Assembly: GCF_009914755.1 (NCBI RefSeq)
Contig: NC_060925.1
Length of the DNA stretch: 64,000 nt
DNA from: the human T2T-CHM13v2.0 reference genome, Homo sapiens
Reading direction: 5' to 3' (one strand)
Shown here: one piece after another, positions 56,873-64,000 of the stretch
How positions within the stretch are numbered: position 1 is the stretch's first letter
Layout of the letters: every line of letters begins with the position of its first letter
The notes under the pieces: model-generated
Database searches by the model: none
What the model was told of the DNA's origin: nothing
Seen by the model: only the letters and a program-made list of their open reading frames with translations
Program-made: the position numbers and the translations under genes

Positions 56873-57948
56873 TGATCCGCCTGTCTTGGCCTCCTAAATT
56901 GCTGGGATTACAGGTACGAGCCAGCGCACCTGGTCTAGGGGGAACAGTTCAGAGAGGGACCTGTCTGCATGCATCATTGGTTGCCCTATTCTGCTTTGAG
57001 ACCGGCTGTGTAAGTACAGACTCCTAAAGAGCTATCTCAGCCTTCCTCGTCCTTGCTGGAATCAGAGATGCTTTTTTTTATTTTTTATTTTTATTTTTAT
57101 TTATTTATTTTTTTTTGAGACAGGGTCTTGCACTGTTGCCCAGGCTGGAGTGCCGTGGTGGTGCAATCATAGCTCACTGCAGTCTCGAATTCTTGGGCTC
57201 AATGGATCCTCCTGCCCCAGTCTCCTGAGTACCTGGGACTAAAGGTGTGCACGCCTCGCCTAATTTTTAAAAAATGTTTTGTAGAAATGGGGGTTTTGTT
57301 ATGTTGCCCCGGCTGATCTTCAACTCCTGGGCTTAAGTGATCCTTCTGCGTTGGCCTCCCAAAGTGCTGGGATTATGGGCATGAGCCACTTCGTCCAGGT
57401 GGGATGCATTTTTATGTTCTATTGACCCTCAAAATGGGAAAGCTCAGAGATTGGGCCACCTCTGTCCCCATAGGTACCTCCCTCCACATTTCATTGGGAT
57501 ATGAGGGACAGAAATGGGGTGGAGGCGGAGGCCCTAGCACCCCATCCATCTCCCATGTTCCTGCTGCCTTACCACACCCTGCGCCCTGCTCTGCGGCTTC
57601 TAGATGGTAAGAGTGGACAGAGCATTTGAGGGCTCAGTCCTGCCATCCAGGATGCCGGCAATGGCTAGTGGGGACTCAACAAAGGGCATTGGTAACTGTA
57701 TCAGTCATGAATTGCTGTATGGCAAACCACCCCAAGACTTAGTGGCTTAGAACAAATTTCTGTTTGCTCATGGTCCCGTGGGTGGCCAATTTGGGCTGGG
57801 CTCTCCTGGACTTATTCGTGTGGCTGCAGTTGGCTGGTGGCTGGGATGGCAGGAGGGTCTAAAGCCAGCCTCACACATGTGTCTCTGTGCCTGTCTCCCC
57901 CAACAGCTGGAACTGGGGGACTGATTGCAGGTGAGCTCAGGCCCCTAA

Positions 57949-58140
<192 letters not shown>

Positions 58141-58528
58141 TAGTAGAGACGGGGTTTCACTGTGCTAGCCAGGATGGTCTCGATCTCCTAACCTTGTGAT
58201 CCGCCTGCCTCGGCCTCCCAAAGTGCTGGGATTACAGGGGTGAGCCACTGTGCCCAGCACCAGGGGCTTTTCAAAAGCAGAGAGTGCCCCGGCCCACCTG
58301 GACAATTTTGATGAAAGAAGAGAAAATGTCACTGAGTGGGTGTGGGAAGGACCCTCTTCTGCCATCCCCCTCACCTGATGAGTATTAGGGAGCTAATTAC
58401 CTGGGAGGTGCTACCAGGCAGAGATGCTCTTCATAACCTCTTACTGCTTAACATTCAGAACCTATTTCACCTTTCTGTTGCAGAACTTCTGAAAAAGCCA
58501 CCTAATAAAGCACATTAGAATTAATCTT

Positions 58529-60224
58529 TTTTTTTTATGTTCGATGCTTTATTCTGCAAGATCCACAAAATCATATTTTAAGAGAACCAGATACTATGGA
58601 GAAAAATGTTATTTTAAAGTTAAAAGTATTAAATATACATAGTGTACTGTACAGTTGAGTGCAACTCAAGATATAATTTTGATATACCCCTTTTTTTTTT
58701 TAATTGATCATTCTTGGGTGTTTCTCGCATAGGGGGATTTGGCAGGGTCATAGGACAATAGTGGAGGGAAGGTCAGCAGATAAACAAGTGAACAAAGGTC
58801 TCTGGTTTTCCTAGGCAGAGGACCCTGCGGCCTACCGCAGTGTTTGTGTCCCTGGGTACTTGAGATTAGGGAGTGGTGATGACTCTTAGCGAGCATGCTG
58901 CCTTCAAGCGTCTGTTTAACAAAGCACATTTTGCACCGCCCTTAATCCATTTAACCCTGAGTAGACACAGCACATGTTTCAGAGAGCACCGGGTTGGGGG
59001 TAAGGTCATAGATCAACAGCATCCCAAGGCAGAAGAATTTTTCTTAGTACAGAACAAAATGGAGTCTCCCATGTCTACTTCTTTCTACACAGACACAGCA
59101 ACAATCTGATTTCTCTATCTTTTCCCCACATTTCCCCCTTCTCTATTCGACAAAACCGCCATCGTCATCATGGCCCGTTCTCAATGAGCTGTTGGGTACA
59201 CCTCCCAGATGGGGTGTCGGCCGGGTAGAGGGGCTCCTCACTTCCCAGAAGGGGTGGCCGGGCTGAGGCGCCCCCCACCTCCCGGACGGGGGCTGGCCCC
59301 CACCTCCCTCCCGGACGGGGCGGCTGCTGGGCGGAGACGCTCCTCACTTCCCAGATGGGGCGGCTGGCGGGCGGAGGGGCTCCTCACTTCTCAGACGGGG
59401 CGGCTGGCGGGCGGAGGGGCTCCTCACTTCTCAGACGGGGTGGCTGCCGGGCGGAGGGGCTCCTCACTTCTCAGACAGGGCGGCTGCCGGGCGGAGGGGC
59501 TCCTCACTTCTCAGATGGGGTGGCCGGGCAGAGACGCTCCTCACCTCCCAGACGGGGTCGCGGCCGGGCAGAGGCGCTCCTCACATCCCAGACGGGGCGG
59601 CGGGGCAGAGGCGCTCCCCACATCTCAGACGATGGGCGGCAGGGCAGAGACGCTCCTCACTTCCTAGACAGGATGGCGGCCAGGAAGAGGTGCTCCTCAC
59701 TTAGACTGGGCGGCCAGGCAGAGGGGCTCCTCACATCCCAGACGATGGGCGGCCAGGCAGAGACGCTCCTCACTTCCCGGACGGGGTGGCGGCCGGGCAG
59801 AGGCTGCAATCTCGGCACTTTGGGAGGCCAAGGCAGGCGGCTGGGAGGTGAAGGTTGTAGCTAGCTGAGATCACGCCACTGCACTCCAGCCTGGGCAACA
59901 TTGAGCACTGAGTGAACGAGACTCCGTCTGCAATCCTGGCACCTCGGGAGGCCGAGGATGGCGGATCACTCGCGGTTTGGAGCTGGAGACCAGCCCGGCC
60001 AACACAGCGAAACCCCATCTCCACCAAAAAAAACCGAAAGGCGTGGCGGCGTGCGCCTGCAATCGCAGGCACTCAGCAGGCTGAGGCAGGAGAATCAGGC
60101 AGGGAGGTTGCAGTGAGCCGAGATGGCAGCAGTACAGTCCAGCTTCGGCTCGGCATCAGAGGGAGACCGTGGAAAGAGAGGGAGAGGGAGACCGTGGAAA
60201 GAGAGGGAGAGGGAGAGGGAGAGC
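58529..60224 (-). mobile_element. Full-length SVA (older, SVA_B-like) with 3' transduction
   Basis: (CCCTCT)n head at about 60160-60223, Alu-like domain at about 59800-60155, VNTR at about 59200-59800, SINE-R at about 58705-59200, and 13-bp TSD tagaattaatctt at 58516-58528 and 60225-60237. Confidence 0.95.
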
Positions 60225-61332
60225 TAGAATTAATCTTAAAAGGTTTCCATAAAGATGATGATGATGATTATCTAGGGATAATTCTAGGTGGGCGCACAGG
60301 CTTACTGAATGCTGGCACAGAGGGGCGGGGGAGGGGTCGCCCCTCCAAGCAATGCCCCCAGCCCCTGTGGGCCACACACATTTTCCTGCTCCAAGAGTGT
60401 CCCCAAAAGCTCCCCCGACTCCCTGTCCTCACTGCATCCCAGCTCTTCTGCGTTCGCGTCACAAAGTCTTGCTTCCCTCTGGTGGCCCTTTTCCCCTCCC
60501 CCAACTCTTCCACCCACCTGCCCACCCCTGCTCCTATGCTCGGATCTGGTGTGGCAATAGAGGTGTGCTCTGGACCAAAGGGCTTTGCCCTGAGGATGCA
60601 ACACAAAGACTTAGGCTGGGGAGGAGCCATGAGAAGTTGGAAGGCTATATCCTTGCCTCCGAACAGGGACTCCTGATTCAATAGCTCAGAAGGCAGTGAC
60701 TGCCTACCTCTGGGACTTGGGCCATGGGCTTTTAAAGGCCTGTTCCCCATGCTTACACAATCCTGCAGAACTAATCTATGGTGTCAGAAGGCAGGACAGA
60801 AGTTGCCCTTGTTGGGGTGGGGGTAGGGGTCTGTTTAAACAGATGTATTCACTTTGTGAAGATTCATTGAATTACACACTTAATTGTGCACCCTTCTGAA
60901 TGTATGTTACACCTCACGGAAAAGTTTACCGCCAAAGCCCTTTATGAAGTAGATTTGTGACTTCCATAATATTGAAATTAAATTATCTCTGATAGGATGG
61001 GATGACACAGTAGAAAGCAGCGGATAATCCACAGTTGTTTTCTACTTGGACTCGGAACTAGAACATTCCGCACAATATACACGTTTGTGAAAGATTCGTT
61101 TTTGTAATTGTGCATGTTCCTGCTAATTTTAACATTGGTAAGAGCACGCAAGAGCATGCACTTGCTAATTTCTAAACAGTAGTACTCAACTTCAGGTGAG
61201 ATGGTCCAGAAGCATTCAGGTGGCAGGAAGTCACACTGAGACAGGATTAAGAATTTGGCACAGATCGCTGGCCAGATGGGGAGACTCACACCTATAATCC
61301 CAGCACTTTGGGAGGCCAAGGTGGGTAGATCA

Positions 61333-61620
<288 letters not shown>

Positions 61621-63170
61621 TTAGCTCAGCATTGGATGTGGTTGTTGTTCAGGTCTCAGGAATGCACATTTATCTCCTGCTTGGATGGGTCCCAAGGTCT
61701 TGAAGAATAAGAACCATCATCTCTTGGTGTGAAGGGTTGAAAAGAAACTGCCCATTGGAGGAGGGCCCCATAACCTGATCCCAGATTGGTCTCTGTTGTG
61801 TCCTGTTTGCAATAAGTCCCCCATCCCTGTGGCACACCCCTCTGTCATGTGCCTTTGGCTCATTCTTCTCATCAGAAGGTGGGGTCTCTTTCCCCACCCC
61901 TTGAATCTGGATCAGTCTTTTGGCTTACTTTGACCAGAAGGATCTGGTGAAAAGTGATGCCAGGAGTCTGGTCCAGCTTCCTGAAGGATGAGATGCCACT
62001 CAAAGCAGAGAAGGGCCATCCCAGCTGAAGTCCCTAGACCATCCGGCCGATAACCAGCACCAACCACCAGATGTGTGTGTGAGGCTGGCTTTAGACCCTC
62101 CAGGTATCCCAGCCACCAGCCAACTGCAGCCACCCGAGTGAGCCCAGGATCCCAGCCCAAATTGGCCACCCAGAGGACCGTGAGCAAATAGACACTATTG
62201 TTCTAAGCCACTAAGTCTTGGGGTGGTTTGTCGCACAGCAATTCATAACTGATACAGTTACCCACACCCTTTGCTGAGCCCCTGCTGGCCAGCGCCAGCA
62301 TCCTAGGAGCGGGACTAAGCCTTCAATCTGGAAGCAACTTTCTTCCCAGGATTTGTTTCTTCACTCATCCCCACCAGTTTCCAGGGCTGACACGCCAGTG
62401 CCCATTGCTCTTTATTAGTTTAATATATATTGAAACCTCCAAATAGATGCTGGGGCCCAGGTGGAACAGATGAAATGTGACTAAGTTCTGGGAGATGATT
62501 GATAATGAGTAGGGACTGGAAAATCAATTGTGTTAATTCCTGGTCTGTCACTGGGACCAAGAATTAATGAGAAAATCTGTCTAACTTAATGGTATTTACA
62601 CATTATACAGAGTGTGATAAAATTGTCTGCAGGTGCTGCCTGGCATTTCAATTATACGAGGCCTGTACCGCCCAAGGGGCAGGCAGGTCTCAGCTGTCCA
62701 GGACCTGGGCTGGACATTTACAGACTCGCTGGAGTCCCCCAATGACCACACCAACTTCTGAGCAGGTCGCAGGTCACAGGTCCCAGGCCCCTGCATGGAC
62801 CCTGTTGGCATGGCTGGTCCTTGCTGAGTGTGGATCATCCAACTGGCAGCATCCCAGGGTTTTGCTAGAGGGCACATTTTGGGCCTGCTTTGAGGATAAC
62901 CACTCCAGAAGCCATGTGGGCAGTTGGACACAAGATCAAGCCAGGAAGGGCTTGATCTTATGTGTTGGCAGAGTCCATGGCTTGAGACACAGATAGTCCT
63001 CTTTACCCCCCACCCCTTCCCCAAGAGATGGTCAGCACCAGCTCTGCCCCATATCACACCCACCACTTGGAAGGCTGCCTTGAAAAGTGTCGGGGAAACT
63101 GATGAAAGAGCCTGCTTCAGGGGCTGAGTGCGTGCTTCCCTGAAACTCTGTAGACCAGGGCTCCTCCTGC

Positions 63171-63539
63171 TGATGTGGTTTGGCTGGGTCCCCACCCAAA
63201 TCTCATCTTGAATTGTAGTTCCCATCAGCCCCACGGGAGGGACCTGGTGGGAGGTAATTGAATCATGGGAACGGTTTCCCCCATGCTATTCTCGTGATTG
63301 TGATGTAAGTTCTCATGAGATCTGATGGTTTTATAAGGGGCTTCCCCCTTCGCTCGGCTCCCATTTTTCTCCTTGCCACCATGTGAAGAAAGATGTGTTT
63401 GCTTCTCCTTCCGCCATGATTGTACGTTTTCTAAGGTCTCCCCAGCCCTGCCGAACTATGAGTCAATTAAACACCTTTCCTTTATAATTTACTCAGTCTT
63501 GGGTATTTCTTCATAGCAGCGTGAGAAGGGACTAATACA
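63171..63539 (+). mobile_element. THE1 (MaLR) solo LTR
   Basis: tgatgtggtttggctgggtccccacccaaatctcatcttgaattgtagttccc...ctaataca with 5-bp TSD cctgc (63166-63170, 63540-63544). Confidence 0.9.
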
Positions 63540-64000
63540 CCTGCCTAGGGCTGCCCACAGGAGGTGGCATGACAGCCAGCCTCCAAGATGGCCCAGCTCC
63601 TGACAATACTACTACTACTACTAATAATCCCCAGCTCCTGATACATCCTTCATGGTCTTCTCTTATATTGAATAGGGCTGGTCTGAGTATCCAATAAGAT
63701 ATCGCTTTGGCCTGGTTCTCTCTTGTATCACCCACTCTGGGGAGTGCCACCACGTGGGGAGGCCCATGTAGGGAGGACCCCAGGCCTCCTGCTAACAGCC
63801 AGCACCATGTGAGTGCCATCTTGGAGGCGGGTCCTCCAGCCCTAGTAAGACCCCTGATGACAGCGACCTCAGGAGACACCCTGAGCTCAGCTGCTCCTGG
63901 ACTCCTGACCCACAGAAACTGGAATAGGGATGGAGATGTTTATTGTTGTCTTAAGCTGCTAAGTTTGAGGGTAGCTCACTAATCCAGGTGGGGAGGGAGA

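Noticed and set aside
59912-60676. Longest ORF in the track (254 aa, + strand)
   Set aside because: It runs antisense through the SVA Alu-like and hexamer domains (EREGEGEGE) into flanking DNA, starts at a non-ATG codon and resembles no protein I recognise.

Overview
Human (primate) genomic DNA. I recognise it from the protein sequences as the MTOR/UBIAD1 locus on chr1p36.22. The left part holds the 5' end of MTOR on the minus strand: CpG-island promoter, non-coding exon 1 and coding exons 2-8 (c.1-1225, N-terminal HEAT region), all with GT-AG junctions and continuous phase. About 10.6 kb away and divergently oriented is the complete two-exon UBIAD1 gene on the plus strand (338 aa), with a long 3'UTR and candidate alternative downstream terminal exons. 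The UBIAD1 intron contains an antisense, 5'-truncated UBE2V2 processed pseudogene, bounded by a 19-bp target-site duplication (TSD) and broken up by six Alus. The rest is very repeat-rich: roughly 70 Alu copies or fragments by eye, two SVAs, an L1PA 3' end, several solo LTRs, DNA-transposon fossils and L2/MIR/L3. Most entries in the ORF track are Alu/SVA artefacts. I found no tRNA, rRNA or CRISPR, and no convincing new biological system. The most interesting observations are: both SVAs carry 3'-transduced tags inside their TSDs; one SVA lies sense in MTOR intron 6; a strong-Kozak uORF overlaps a YY1 site in the UBIAD1 leader; there are alternative UBIAD1 3' ends; and repeat-free islands with PBX-HOX/MEIS motifs lie downstream. 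Repeat subfamily names are from recalled consensus sequences and were not computed.
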